Notes under the pieces: generated by a model | The model's database searches: none | Told to the model about the DNA's origin: nothing | What the model saw: only the letters and a program-made list of their open reading frames with translations | Made by a program: the position numbers and the translations under genes | From: Leucoraja ocellata | Taxonomy: Eukaryota | DNA length: 64,000 nucleotides | Assembly: GCA_036785375.1 (NCBI GenBank) | Contig: JAWMAR010000032.1 | Span: forward strand, 4,712,001 to 4,776,000 | Direction of reading: 5' to 3' | Part shown: positions 25,742 to 39,185 of the stretch, piece by piece | Position numbering within the stretch: the stretch's first letter is position 1 | Layout of the letters: every line of letters begins with the position of its first letter

Positions 25742-26861
25742 AGCCCCTGTCCCACTTTCACGACCTAATTCATGACCTCTGCCGAGTTTGCCCTTGCAGA
25801 GGTCGCAGCATGGTCTCCACGAGGACGTAGGAGGTCGTAGGTAGATCGTAGCAGGTCGTGATGCTAGTCATAGGTACCCGTGGCATCAAGTAGGTCGCGG
25901 CATTTTTTCTAGCTTGATGAAAAATATCCACAAGTAAAAAAAAGGTCGGCATGTAAAAAATCGATACTTTTTACTCGTCACCTCTGTCACTCCAAGGCAT
26001 GTTCATTCATAGCTGGAGAGTTTTGTGGAGAGGAGACTTGTGTATTAGAGATGCCACCAAAAAGGTAGTAGCGCAGGGGGAGGGCACAAACCTAAAAAAA
26101 AAACGGCCATGCAAGTGTTGCCCACCCAAGAGGAGGAGTGGCAGGAGGTGATGCCACAGGAGGAGACCAGGGTGGTAGTATATGTCCACCACCACCCCAT
26201 CCTTCACTGCCTCATTTGAAGGCAGCAAAGCAGCCCTTTCCCCTGTGTCTGACACATCATCAGAGGCAGATGCCCCATTGGTGGTGAGGGAGGGCTGGAG
26301 GAAGGTTATGCCCTACACCTTCACCAGGCAGCAGAAGGGGGACCTTGAGGAATGTTTCCAGCAGAATGCCATCCTGCACGAAAAGGAAAATGAGGGGTAC
26401 AGCGACAGGGACAAGAATGGCATGCTTGCCATCCACTGCCCCACATGTGTGCTTAAAGTTCCATCTTTTGTCAAAGCCCAGCGCCAGTCTCTTCCAGTCA
26501 TCTGCTGTACTGGGACAGTCCATCACATCATCTCCATTCACCCATTGAGACCTCTTCTTGTGCTTCCTCTTCACCCTTGCTCTTCCCATTCTGCCTTTCT
26601 TAAAAGGCTGCTGAAGCAAAAAGGCTACTGCAAACAGCAGTAAAACGTTCATGGTCGAAGCTCGTCTTCAACATAGTCGAAGGAGGTCTTCAACATAGTC
26701 GTGGGAGGGCTTCAACATAATCGTGGGAGGTCCTCAACAGAGTCGTAGGAGGTTGTAAACATAGTCATGGAAGGTCGTAGGTTACCGCGACCTTGATTTT
26801 TTTTGGGCCATTTAAGGTCGTCAGAGGTCACGATTTAGTTCGTGAAAATGGGACCAGGCCT
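25742..26861. mobile_element. Internally deleted PIF/Harbinger transposon
   Basis: TIRs AGCCCCTGTCCCACTTTCACGACCTAATTCATGACCTCTG and its imperfect reverse complement; TAA TSD. Minus-strand PSTADDWKRLALGFDKRWNFKHTCGAVDGKH is the HARBI1-type DDE N-terminal motif. Confidence 0.88.
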
Positions 26862-28006
26862 TAAGTCACAGCATTTATGGAGAGAGACGCAAAGTTAACA
26901 TTTCAGGTCAGTGACCTTTCATTGGAGTTGGGAAATGTGTAAACTGAATTTTAGTTGCAGAGGAAATGGGAAAGGGCAAAAATAACATAAAACAAGGTCA
27001 CTTGTTGGTTGAAAACCAGGATAAAATGAATGGCATGATTGTGGACACACAGTATTGGAGTAACTCAACCGGCATGGCAGCATTTCTTAAGAACATTGCC
27101 AGGTACCGCTTTGTGTCGAGCCCTTCTTAATTGTGGTAATGTTGCTGACTGAAAGGCTTGTAAATAACAACAATGATGCCAATACATATAAGTAGGAATA
27201 ACTGGTCTGAAATTACCAGAAGAGGAAAATAAAATGCTGGAAATGAGAAATGACGTTAGAATGCCTATTATATGACATTAATGATTTAGGTTTTTGTTCC
27301 AGTAAGTCTGCAATGTTGGAAGATGACTGTTAATGCACAGGTAATTCTGCTATTACGCTTGTTTCCATGACAAGAATTGGATATAACGCAAGTAATGAAT
27401 GAGGGAACTCAATTTGCATGCAATTTTGATAGGGAAAATAGAGAACCACTTAACAATTACTTTGAATATTGATAAGCAGAAAAAGCAGAAAAAAATTAAG
27501 AAGCAGCGAAAAAAAATTGTCTTAGATTTAAACAGTGTATATATAGAGGTGGTGGGGGGGGGAAGGACTTGTTTCCATGTAAACCTCCTGCAGCATTGTT
27601 CCTTAACTGCTACTTTAACACAGGTGGTTATTAACATTGTTGACCAAGTTCTATTGACACTTGGGCAATGATACTCCGTTAAACAATGTAGTATAGATCC
27701 TTCAGTATTTTTAGCATGCATTAACAAAAATAAAATAATTGCTTTGAAAAGACCTTTGAGTTTGATAATCCTTGTGTGAAAAATAACTTTGTATTTTCGA
27801 TTTTGAAACACTCTAGCCCCCATCCCCCATTGACACCAATTAATATGATTTTTTTCAATGACATGTTTTTTGGGGAATGCAACTATCACATGATAGCTGA
27901 GCTACGTATACTATATCTGTGCTCATAACCTGATCTACTCAGCAATTATGAAGCCACACAGTCAGTGACTGATTTGCAGAATGCCTCCACTTGGTCTGCA
28001 AAGATA

Positions 28007-30168
28007 CAGTGCCCTCTATAATGTTTGGGACAAAGACCTATCATTTATTTATTTGCCACAGTACTTCACAATTTGAGATTTTGTAATAGAAAAAAATCAC
28101 ATGTGGTTAAAGTGCACATTGTCAGATTTTAATAAAGGCCATTTTTGCACATTGTGGTTTCACCATGTAGAAATTACAGCAGTGTTTATACATAGTCCCC
28201 CCATTTCAGGGCACCATAATGTTTGGGACACAGCAATGTCATGTAAATGAAAGTAGTCATGTTTAGTATTTTGTTGCATATCCTTTGCATGCAAGGATTG
28301 CATGCTTGAAGTCTGCGATTCATAGACATCACCGGTTGCTGGGTGTCTTCTCTGGTGATGCTCTGCCATGCCTGCCATTTGTTTGAACTTGAGCAGATAG
28401 GATGTGTCTATACACTTCAGAATTAATTATGCGACTACCATCAGCAGTTGTATCATCAATGAAGATAAGTGAGCCAGTACCATCAGCAGCCATACATGTC
28501 CAGGCCATAACACCCCCACCACCGTGTTTCACAGATAATCATAATCATAATTATAATCATACTTTATTAATGTATGTTTTGCAACAATTTGGTTTGCCAT
28601 ACAGTCATACTACTAGAAAGCAACAGAACACTCAAAGTACATTTTAACATGAACATCCACCACAGTGACTCCTCCACATTCCTCACTGTGATGGGAGGCG
28701 GGAAAAAAAAGTTCAATCTCTTCCCTTCATTATTCTCCCGTGGGCGGGGGCCTCGAGCCTTCCGTTGACGGGACGATCTTGACTCCCGTAGCCGGCGGTG
28801 GGAATCCACGTCGGGGCGATCAAGCTCCCGCATCGGGGGGGGGTCTCGGCTCCCCCGCGCCAGGCGATCGACCCCGTGTCGGGGCTTTTCGACACTTCTG
28901 CGTCGTTGGAGCTTCCGACTCGGCCCCTCCCGAGACTGCGAGCTCTTGATGTTAAATGTCCGCACGCAAATAAGAATTCTAATTGCGCCAGTTGGAGCAT
29001 CGATCTCAGGCAAGGGATTGGCTCCGATGTTAAGTCCACACCCCGCGGTGGGGCTCTAAGTCAGTCCCGAGCAAGGCCTCCAGCTCCATGATGTAGGTCG
29101 CAGAGCGACTGGAGATACGACCTGGAAAACAATTGCATCTCCGGCAAGGTAAGAGATTGAAAAATGTTTCCCCCATATCCCTCCCAACCCCCCCCCCCCC
29201 CCCCCCCCATAAATCAAACCAAAGAACATTAACATAAACTTTTAAAACACACTAAAAATAATTTTAAAAAGGATGAAAGGACAGACTATTGGCGAGGCTG
29301 CCATCATGGGGCCACCTGGTGATGAGGTGGTATGCTTTGGATCTTGGGCAGTTCCTTCTCGCCTCCATACTTTGCTCTTGCCATCACTCTGATATCAGTT
29401 AATCTTCGTCTCATCTTTTTCGAGAATTGTGGTTGCTCTTTTAAGTACTTGGCAAACTGTAACCCGGCCATCCTATTTTTGCTGCTAACCAGTGGTTTGC
29501 ATCTTGCAGTGTAGCCTCTGTATTTCCATTCATGAAGTCTTCCGCAGACAGTGGTCATTGACAAATCCACACCTGACTCCTGAAGAGTGTTTCTGATCTG
29601 TTGGACAGGTGTTTGGGGATTTTATTTTGTTATAGAGAGAATTGTTCTGTTGTCAGCTGTGGAGGTCTTCCTTGGCCTGCCAGTCCCTTTGCGATTAGTA
29701 AGCTCTTTCTTCTTAATGATGTTCCAAACAGTTGATTTTGGTAAGCCTAAGGTTTGGCTGGTCTCTAACAGTTTTATTCTTGTTTCTCAGTCTCATAATG
29801 GCTTCTTTGACTTTCATTGGCACAACTTTATTGCTCGTGTTGATAAACAGCAATAAAAGTTTCCAAAGGTGATGGAAAGACTGGAGGAAAGACTAGGTGC
29901 TGGGAGCTGCATTAAGGAAGCAATTAAACATACCTGAGTAATTACAAATACCTGTGAAGCCATGTGCCCTGAAATGGGGGGACTATGTATAAACACAGCT
30001 GTAATTTCTACATGGTGAAACCAAAATGTATAAAAATGGCCTTTAATAAAATCTGCAATGTGCACTTTAACTACATGCTATTTTTTCTATTACAAATCTC
30101 AAATTGTGGAGTACAGACGCAAATAAATAAATGATGGGTCTTTGTCCCAAACATTATGGAGGGCACTG
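28007..30168 (-). mobile_element. Tc1 (IR/DR type) transposon with a decayed, partly deleted transposase
   Basis: TA|CAGTGCCCTC..GAGGGCACTG|TA; ~220-bp TIRs; minus-strand motifs RLHEWKYRGYTARCKPLVSSKNRM and [31 protein letters not shown]. Confidence 0.93.
28537..29320 (-). mobile_element. GC-rich non-autonomous retroposon inserted into the Tc1 transposase
   Basis: Splits the TTSSVKHGG coding sequence with GAT duplicated at 28534-28536 and 29321-29323; head GATGGCAGCCTCGCCAATAGTCTGTC; tail AATAAAGT+(ATGATT)n. A separate 3' fragment of this family lies at ~50950-51110. Confidence 0.8.
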
Positions 30169-31780
30169 TATCTGTCCAAATCTGTCAAATTTGAATTGCT
30201 TATCACTATAATTCTGCACTCCCACTTTGTTCTCTATTTTTTGCCTAGTACATGTTTCCAATGAAGCTCCTCAGAAGCTTGAGCAACAGTCTCCCAGGTG
30301 CTGATACGGCATATCATTCTTCCAGACTTTATGTTAAATTCCATATTTTCAGATTATCTAATATCTCATCCTAGAATTTTACATTTCCAATATTAAATGT
30401 TTTCCTAATCTTACCATTCCATTGCCCTATTAAAACTCACCCAGACGTAACTTCACTGATCTCTACCGCTCATTTTCAATCCACACCATATTGCCATTTG
30501 CCTGTCTCTTGAAAATATTCGGTTGAATTTTCCTTCTTTATTCCCCGTCCCCTCCCCAGTTTACAGATCGTGAAACATTTCTTAACCTAATTATCTCAAC
30601 TTGAATTTTTTTTTTGTCTGCATTTACCCAGCTATGTTATTTTCACCACTTTTCAAATTTTCTGTGATGCAGTTTTTTGCTGTTCTTCATAGCCCATAAC
30701 CACATCTGCTGAATAAGCTGTAATAAGTATGCTCTTTTCATCAACCACGATAGCCGTAAGGCTTATAAGAAGTACATCTGGAGCCTATTTCTCAAGGAAA
30801 TAGCATGTATCAAATTGGTCCAAAATGTTAAATGTGTACTAATGCTTAACAGGATATAAAGCTGTATGGTTCATACTAGTCGTATTTTTTTACCAGTTGC
30901 TGTGGGAAAGGGAAAATAAGCTTAGGCTGTAATTGTTTGGACACTTTGTCCAATAGGATTGTCAAGTTGGTGCCATAATGATAAAAGAGAATCGAATGGC
31001 AAATTGCATATTACAAACAAGGAGGAAAGATTAGATCAGAACATAAAGTTATAAGCAGGAATAAGGCACTCAATTCTTAAATCCAGCCTTGCTATACAGT
31101 AAGATTATGGCTAGTCTGTTACCCCACTTCCTATTTTCCTGCACTTAAACTGTATCTCTTGTTTCCCACAATACATTTAAATTGCATTTCTGTCTTGAAT
31201 ATACTGTCTACTGCTCTCTTGGATAGAGAATTGCAAAGATTTACCATTCTCTGAGTGGAGAACATTAGGACCTCAACCATACTGCACAATCCTAACCACA
31301 TCCCTACCTGAGCAACAAACTACTATGGATGTCGTACACATACTTCAGCTTGCATTACGACAGTCTGGCTACATCATAAATACTGAGAATTCATTGTATT
31401 ATTGTATATTTGTGTCCTGTTGTGCGTTAATGTGCCTGTAAAACTGCAGCAAGAAAATATTTAATTGTTCCGTTTGTAACGGCAGATTTTTTATATCGTT
31501 CAAGAGATTACTCGCTCTAGCCGCTAAGTGGGCTGCATGGTTACGGGGAATGTCTTTATATGCATGCGAGCTCTCCGCTGGGGACCTTCAGAGCTTCTTC
31601 ACAGATAAATCTTCATAACACAGTCTTTTGATTAATAAATTCTTTATCATTGATGAAATACAATAAGGTACATCCAATGTGTTTAAGAAGGAACTGCAGA
31701 TGCTGGAAAATCGAAGGTACACAAAACAGCTGGAGAAACTCAGCGGGTGCAGCAGCATCTATGGAGCGAAGGAAATAGGC

Positions 31781-31808
31781 AACGTTTCGGGCCGAAACCC
31801 TTCTTCAG
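31781..31808 (-). ncRNA. Minimal hammerhead-ribozyme-like core in a PLE terminal repeat
   Basis: Minus strand reads CTGAAGA-A-GGGTTTCGGCCC-GAAACGTT: CUGANGA box, helix II, GAAA box and a GUU triplet. Helix I is weak. Confidence 0.55.
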
Positions 31809-31921
31809 ACTGATCGGGGGTGGGGTGGGGGGGTCGGGACAAGAAAGGAAAAAGGAGGAGGAGCCCGAAGGCTGGGGGATGGGAGGAGACAGCAGGGGGA
31901 CTGAGGAAGGGGAGGAGACAG

Positions 31922-32836
31922 TATTGTACTTCCGGTGGCGCTGGTGCCAGCAGCCTCCACCTACAGCCCGGTATCTTTTTGTTTTTTTGTTTATTTAGTT
32001 ATGTAAAAGTGTATTTTTTTGTGTTTCTTTGGTGTTTTTATGTGGGGGAAGAGGGCACGGTGCGGGGGATACCGTCCTTCAGCCGCTTCCTGGTGAGGAC
32101 GCGACTATTATTCGAGTCGCGTCCTCGCCCCCCCCCCCCTCCCCCCACAGCGGCCTACCTACCTGGATTGGCGCGGCCTTTCCTGCCGGGATCGACCGGA
32201 GCTCCAGCAGCGGCGGGACAGCGTTGAAACATCGCGGGGCTGGCGATGCCTTACCAGGGGTCGCCGTCTGGAGCCCGGAGTGCTGGACCTGCTGCACCGA
32301 CATCATGGAGCTGCGGGTTGCGGAGCTCCCAACGCGGGCGGCGCTGATGGACAGCGCGGGGTCCTTTGACTCTGCCCGGCTCGGCCTGTGGACTCAGGAG
32401 CTGCAGACTCCGGCTGCGGGAGGCGGCTGATCAGGAGGTCCGGGCCGCTGAGGAGGAGGATGCTCACCGTCGGGGTTCGGCGTCGGCGTTCCACCAGCCC
32501 AGCGTGAGGGCCTGAACATCGGGCCACCCGGGGCGGCGACTGCGGGTGCTCGGAAGGCCCCGACCACGGATGAACACGGAGGGGAGGCTGGCTGGACTAT
32601 GGTGTCTTCCTCACCTTGGTGCCATTTATGTTATGTTGTGTCGTGGACTTCTGTATTTGTGCTTTTTTTACATTTTAATTCAATTTCAATTTTATTTTTA
32701 ATATGTTTTATTATTTATTTATTATTTATTTTTTATTATTTCTTTGTGATTTTTTTATGATACTGCCTGTAAGGGAAATTCATTTCGTTGTCCCAAATTG
32801 GGACAATGACAATAAATTTGAATACAATACAATACA
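31922..32836 (+). mobile_element. GC-rich non-autonomous retroposon nested in the PLE
   Basis: TSD AGACAG at 31916-31921 and 32837-32842; head CTTCCGGTGGCGC..GCAGCCTCCACCTACAG; tail ATGACAATAAA+(AATAC)n like the Rex1 copy at 25610. Confidence 0.85.
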
Positions 32837-33374
32837 AGACAGCAAGGACTAACAAAATTGGGAGAATTCGATGTTCATGCCGCAGGATGCAGACTCCCCA
32901 AGCGGAATATGAGGTGCTGTTCCTCCAATTTTCGGTGTTGCTCGCTGTGGCCATGGAGGAGACCCAGGACAGAGAGGTCAGAGACGGAGTGGGAGGGGGA
33001 GTTGAAGTGCTGAGGTACAAGCCAAACTTTTATCTTTGGCAAGACTTTATCTTGCACCAGACGTAATACCCTTTATACTATACACACTGTGGACGGCCTG
33101 ATTGTAATCATGTATAGTCTTTTTGCTGACTGGCTAGCACGCACCAAAACAAGCTTTTCACTGTACCTCGGTACATGTGACAATAATAAACTAAACCTGT
33201 TGTCCCAAGAATCAATATGGTGAATGTTCAAAGTAATTTTAGTTCTCTATTTATTCTCAAGGCTAGCAGGATGTGTTAAAGTAATCATTATTATGAAATA
33301 GATGGAAGGAAGATATAACTGAAAAAGAACACAGAAACTCACTGATGCTCATTACATGTTTATGCTAAGTTACA

Positions 33375-33760
33375 AAAGGTCTTGTCGAAAAACCAAAGTG
33401 CTGGATGGGTTCAGCTGGTCGGGCAGCATTTGTCGAGGGAAATGGACAGATGACATTTTGGGTTGGAACCCTTCGTCAGACTGATGGAGTAGAGGGGAGC
33501 AAGCTGGTAAAGAGAGGGGATGGGAAGAATTGGGGCAAAAACTGTAAAGTGATGTAGGTGAGAAGGAGTGATTGGAAGATTGGTGCAGATAGTAACATAG
33601 GCTGGAAGTGAAATAGAGACAAAAGGTGTGAGATAAGGAAAGACGAGAAGTGAGAAGCCAGAGGGAAGGAGAGTGAGTGGGAGGGACAGGGTGTCGGGGA
33701 AAGAAGGGGCATAAAATGAAAAGAATGGAGAGAGTTGGGAACTTCCAGGAATTTGAAGTT
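33375..33760 (-). mobile_element. Older PLE 3' UTR and terminal repeat
   Basis: Minus strand CAGTCTGACGAAGGGTTCCAACCCAAAATGTC..ATGCTGCCCGACCAGCTGAACCCATCCAGCAC with a purine-rich UTR on the + strand. Confidence 0.65.
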
Positions 33761-33789
33761 TTTGACTCTCTCCAATACTGTCCTGTCGA

Positions 33790-34385
33790 TGAAGACAGGT
33801 TGTAGATCATAGGCCTTCCTCTTCTAAAGTCAACAATCAGGTCTTTGGTTCCACTGACTTTGAGAGCAAGGTTGTTGTTCTGGCACCATTTGGTCAGGCG
33901 ATCAATCTCCTTCCTGTACTCCTTCCTGATTCTACATCATCCGTAATTCGTCCAACAATGGTGGTGCCTTTGGCGAATTGAAGATGGAGATGGAACTGTG
34001 TCTGGCTACACAGTCATGTGTATAGAGTGAGTAGAGGTCTGGCCACACAAACTGGAGATGGTCCTGTGCTGCAGGAAATGACAGTTTTCAAGCTCTCATT
34101 CCTTCTTCCTGATGGCAGGAGTGAAATGAGAGTGTGGCCAGGGTGGTAAGGGTGATGATGCTAGCTGCCTGTTTGAGGCAGCGACTTTGTAAATCTTTTC
34201 AATGGTGGGGAAGTCAGTACCTATGATGGACTGGGCAGTACAGTGCTCAGCACTCATTGCAACCTTTTTGTTCCTGGGCATTTGAGTTGCTGAACCAGAC
34301 CGTGATGCAATCAGTTCAAAATGCTTTCTACTGTGTAGACGTTCAAAAGAGTATTTGTCGACTTGCAAAATCTCTTCAAACTTCA
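33790..34385 (-). mobile_element. Decayed and rearranged Rex1/Babar RT fragments
   Basis: Minus-strand residues TTIVGRIT..WCQNNNLALKVSGTKDLIVDFRR and AQSIIGTDFPTIEKIY. Confidence 0.65.
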
Positions 34386-36159
34386 ACTAAACACTGCTAA
34401 CAACTTTCACTTAATTGCTGACTGGAAAATCCAGGCTGATGAACCCATTTCTTAAAACCCTCTGTATTTTTTCCCCAACAGGTTTCTAACTTTCTCATAG
34501 CACTAAAATGTTCCAAACCAAATTTTTGAATGACATTATTTGATTATGTTGCTAGTGCATTATCTCAACATTGGCAATTCATCATGGTTGACCAGATCAA
34601 AAATGTTGAGTTGACTACTTGCCATGACTGTTCTTGTTTAGCTCCATTTTTACTCGTTGGACTCCAACTTTAGTCTCTTAGGTTTTTCCCTCATAGTTAT
34701 CTGAGTATTTTAGGAATTGGTTCTTCGTCTTTTGTCTTTTCCTCATCTGCAGGCTGAGCTTTCGTATGTTAATTTTCCACAACTCCACATGACTAGCAAG
34801 AACCCTTTTAAGATCTCATTCATGTCCAGCACTGTTTTGGATAAGCCATTTTTTTCAAATCAAACATTGAGGAGACTAAATTAAGCATGTTCTAATGTTT
34901 TCCCAATTGCGTTTTAATCTCTCTCATCAGTTACCCCCAAATATCCACATCAAATCCTATCACCACCATTCATCCTTGACCATCATACTTTAGCATTCAA
35001 AATTAGATAAATGTGCTATGCCTGTAGTTTAGTTTGCAAGCTTTTAAGCATAGTAATATGTAAGTGCAGCAAATCAAAGTGTTGAAAGAGCTGCTTTAGC
35101 TTAAAAATCCTCCTTAACTGAACTTGCTTTTATTGCCATTTATGAGGTAAAGTTTCCTTCCTGAAATTGAAAGGAAATTTTTGAAAGACTATACTTTATT
35201 CCTGAAATGTTCAAATATGCAGTACAATGAAATGTTTCTGTTCACAGTGAAATAACATTGGCATGACATCAATTTTTCTTTAACGTAGATTCCATGAGCA
35301 ATAAGTCCAAGAGTGTTCTTGTACTTGATGTGCAAGGGTGGGCGAGTCTTCACCTTTCCTTGTAGGCTTTTTGAGGCAGCTATACAAAGCTTAAGTGTGT
35401 TTCTCAGCTTGTATATCTGCATCTTGGAATGGGGGAGTTCCCACCTTTTTGTTTTTTTTTACTGTGGGCAGCTCCTTGCACTGGAAGACCAAAGTGCATC
35501 TTTCACAGAGCCAGACCCTATCAGATGGGGGGCAACGAGTGCCATTTGGTATGGGCCTCATGCCTGTCTGCTTCAAAGGGATCTTGATTTGGGGGCATCT
35601 AAAATTGAGGGGCCTCTGCTTGATCTTGGTTTGGAGGCCTCAGAAATTGAAATTGAAATTGGCCTGGGTTTCAGTTCATCTTTGAGAGGGCCTGCACAGA
35701 ACTGACCATTTTTTCAGCAGACCAGGCAACATCTGTGAAGTGAAAAGAACTGATGATGTTTCTGGTCAGGATTACAGCATCTGCAAACATTGCATCTGAA
35801 GAAGGGTCCCAACCCAAAGGTCACCTGTTCTTTTCCTACACATATGCTGCCTGGCCTACTGAGTTCCTCCAACAGTTTTTTTTTTTGCTGTGGTAAGTAC
35901 CCATCTTCTAGTCCTGCACAAAGTCAATTATATCCCTTTGCAATTGTCTTCTAGATGAATAGCTCAATTGAATGTAGGATCAATGCAGCTTGCGTGGCAC
36001 AAAAATCTTAATTAAATTCTGACGCATTTTAGTGATGGTTATTTACAATGCTCTATGCTGGAGAAGCCCAACCCCTCTTCCCCAAAGTAACTTGTACATT
36101 TCCTCCATCTTGACGGTTTTGGCATCAACAGCCAAAGATTTAGTAAATATGGTGACATG

Positions 36160-36362
36160 AGAGATTACAGATGCTGGAATCGAGCAAAAAACTAGGTGCT
36201 GGGGGAATTTGACGGGTCAGTTTGCATCTGTGGAAGGAATGAACAGCTGATGATTTGGGTTGCAATCCTCCTTCAGTCTGAAGTAGAGTCCTGACCCAAA
36301 ATGTCCTGTCCTTTCCCTCCATAGATGTTGCCTGAACTGCTGAGTTCCTCCAACACTTTGCT
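36160..36362. mobile_element. Fold-back mini-PLE (two inverted terminal-repeat fragments)
   Basis: Left arm ..GCATCTGTGGAAGGAA..TTTGGGTTGCAATCCTCCTTCAG; right arm CTGAAGTAGAGTCCTGACCCAAAATGTC..ATAGATGTTGCCTGAACTGCTGAGTTCCTCCAACAC. Confidence 0.6.
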
Positions 36363-37829
36363 TTTTTTTTAATATAGTAAATGTTTTGGCCAGAGATTTA
36401 AAAAAACGTGTTTGGAATTCAAAAATTCCTGAGGCATTCCTCCTCTAAATCTTGTGCACTTGTTTTTTCTGCATCTTTTGTTTGGTTTCCAGGTGAGAGG
36501 AAGCTGCTCATATTACATCGCCCCTTTGTCACACTAATAATCTGACATCTTCATTAATTTAAGTATGATAATCTTAAAGCAATAAAAACAGATTTATTCG
36601 TAAGGAAAAAAAGCAGCAGAAATTATCTAAGACTTAAACTATCTTGGGTTTAAAAAAAATATTGTCTATTTGAACGTAACTGAGATCTGAGTCACTTTAA
36701 GATGATCTCCGAAGCACCTTATGCCTCTGGTATATTTATAATGGTTATTTAAAATTTAAAGGAGGGTAGGGACATGACTAAATGGGGAGAAACTTAGAAC
36801 AAATAACAAACTTTGTTTTCGTAAATCCGTTTCTACTGTGATCAAGCTCCCTGTTCTGTCAGATGAGCTGGGTGGTCGGTCACTGGCTGTATTAACAACT
36901 CGGGTTTTGACAAACACAACTTTCCTGCTGCCCTTGTTTTTGGGTTTGTTTTGTAGGTTTGTCTGTCTCGCAGGAGACTATGAGAGGCATTTCCCTTATG
37001 GCAGTAGTTCCCATTGTAGCTTTAATTGACACAGGATGTTAAGTTGTGGTGGGAATGGAGCTTGTTTAAAGCCAATCTCAAGCCAGTGTATATTCTGTCA
37101 TTGTCCTCCTGGATGAGAGGTTCCTTAATGAGCGAAGGAGCAATTAGGAACAAGTGCTGGTTCATGGTGGTTAATTCACTAAGCACTAATTGAATGGGAA
37201 ATGAGGAGTCTTTGAAAATGAGTGCAGTGTGGTATGTCCTGTTAGCTGTGTGTTTTGTACTGTGAAATTAAGTGCCTATTGGTGCTACTGTTTTTTATAA
37301 ATGACTCAGTCTTAAATGTCTCCAAGCATTGATATATTTTATCAAGCATTCTGTACAATGTAATTTGGTGTTTGAAGAAATTGTTTAATAAGCCACCGTT
37401 ATCACTATTTTGATGTAATTCTTTAAATATCTTCACTGTAATATTTAAGTGCCATCTGCCACTACGTCTTGTACATTCTCATCCAATAGCTCTTACAACT
37501 TTTCCTGCTACCTTCTGAATTTTAAAATTCTATTTCAGCAACACCATTAAAAAGACACGTTATTTTATATTGCCTTCTTCTTGTGACCAAAATATATTGC
37601 TTCAAGCTTACTTGCATTATATGTTGTCTGCCTAGTTCACAGATTGTATCCTTTTATATTCTGTTGTATTCGTAAGCAGTGAAAGGCCGGGCCAATTCTG
37701 ATTATGTGGAAACATAACTGTACTTTCCAGTCTGGAGAGAAAACAAAATCACTCACTACCTCTCTGCTATTATCCATCAGCAAATTTCATGAACACTACC
37801 ACTGCCTATTTAATGAGGAGTTGAAGTCC

Positions 37830-38141
37830 AATGAGCCTGTCCCACTTATGCGATTTTTTTCAGCGACTTGCCAGCACCCGTCGTAGTCGTAGCAGGTCGC
37901 CGAAAATGTTCAACATGTTGAAAATCCAGCGGCGACCAGAACAAGGTACGACTCTTTGGGCGACTACTCACGACCATTCAGGCTTCACCCCGCGACATGT
38001 CGCCAGGGTGTCGCCTGTATGTTCGTGAGTAGTCTCCTCAGCCGCCCAAAGAGTCTTAGTGTCCTTCTGGTCGCCGCTGAATTTTCAACATGTTGAAACA
38101 TTTCGCTGACCTGCAACGACCTATGACGGGTGCCGGCAGTC
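37830..38141. mobile_element. Harbinger-family palindromic MITE, right end truncated
   Basis: Left end GCCTGTCCCACTT resembles the TIRs at 25742 and 56103; internal inverted arms TTCAACATGTTGAAAATCCAGCGGCGACCAGAA / TTCTGGTCGCCGCTGAATTTTCAACATGTTGAA. Confidence 0.7.
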
Positions 38142-38294
38142 GTACACCAATGAAAAGATACAACTTACAGTGCTGCAATACTATGTGGCCAGAACTAGAA
38201 GAGAGCAGATAACTGAAAATGTTGGAGCTGAAGGAGTTTAACGAGAAGTGGATACAGACAGCATAATTTTAGATGATCTCCATTTTGTGGAGAA

Positions 38295-39042
38295 TAGACA
38301 ATAGACAATAGGTGCAGGGGTAGGACATTCGGCCCTTTGAGCCAGAACTGCCATTCAATGTGATCATGGCTGACCATCCCCAATCAGTACCCCGTTCCTG
38401 CCTTCTCCCCATATTCCCTGCCTCCGTTATTTTTAAGAGCCTTATCTAGCTCTCTCTTGAAAGCATCCAGAGAACCTGCCTCCACCGCCCTCTGAGGCAG
38501 GGAATTCCACAGACTCACCACTCTCTGAGAGAAAAAGTGTTTCCTCATCTCCATTCTAAATGGCTTATTCCTTATTCTTAAACTGTGGCCCCTGGTTCTG
38601 GACTCCCCCAACATCGGGAACATGTTTCCTGCCTCTTGCATGTCCAAACCCTTAACGATCTTATATGTTTCATTGAGATGCCCTCTCATCCTTCTAAACT
38701 CCAGAGTGTACAAGCCCAGCTGCTCCATTTTCTCAGCATATGACAGTCCCGCCATCCCGGGAATTAACCTTGTAATCCTACTCTGCACTCCCTCAATAGC
38801 AAGAATGTCCTTCCTCAAATTAGGGGACCAAAATGGCACACAATACTCCAGGTGTGGTCTCACTAGAGCTCTGTGCAACTGCAGAAGGACCTCTTTGTTC
38901 CTATATTCGATTCCTCTTGTTATAAAGGCCAACATGCCATTCGCTTTCTTCACTGCCTGCTGTACCTGCATGCTTATTTTCATAGACTGATGTACAAGGA
39001 CCCCCAGGTCCCGTTGTACTTCCTCTTTTCCCAACTTGACAC
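38295..39042 (-). mobile_element. 5'-truncated CR1 LINE of a second subfamily
   Basis: Open ORF2 C-terminus QRDLGVLVHQSMK..LVRPHLEYCVPFWSP..GEKAGTGY; tail (TATTGTC)n instead of (TTTCTATG)n. Confidence 0.92.
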
Positions 39043-39185
39043 CAATGGGGACCTGGCGTGGGGGGACCGCCATGAGGGATGGTGGGAGAACATAGGGGGA
39101 CCCGATGTGGGGGAGGGGGGGCACTCTAGTTTAGAAACCACTGCTCAGGGGATAAGCCTGCGTTTGTTTGTTTGTTTGTTCATTT

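Larger units (their letters stand above)
31681..33014 (-). mobile_element. Penelope-like element 3' portion (GIY-YIG C-terminus, UTR and terminal repeat)
   Basis: QHFNSPSHSVSDLSVLGLLHGHSEQHRKLEEQHLIFRLGSLHP is a typical PLE GIY-YIG C-terminus. It continues across the nested insertion into the tail at 31681-31921. Confidence 0.85.
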
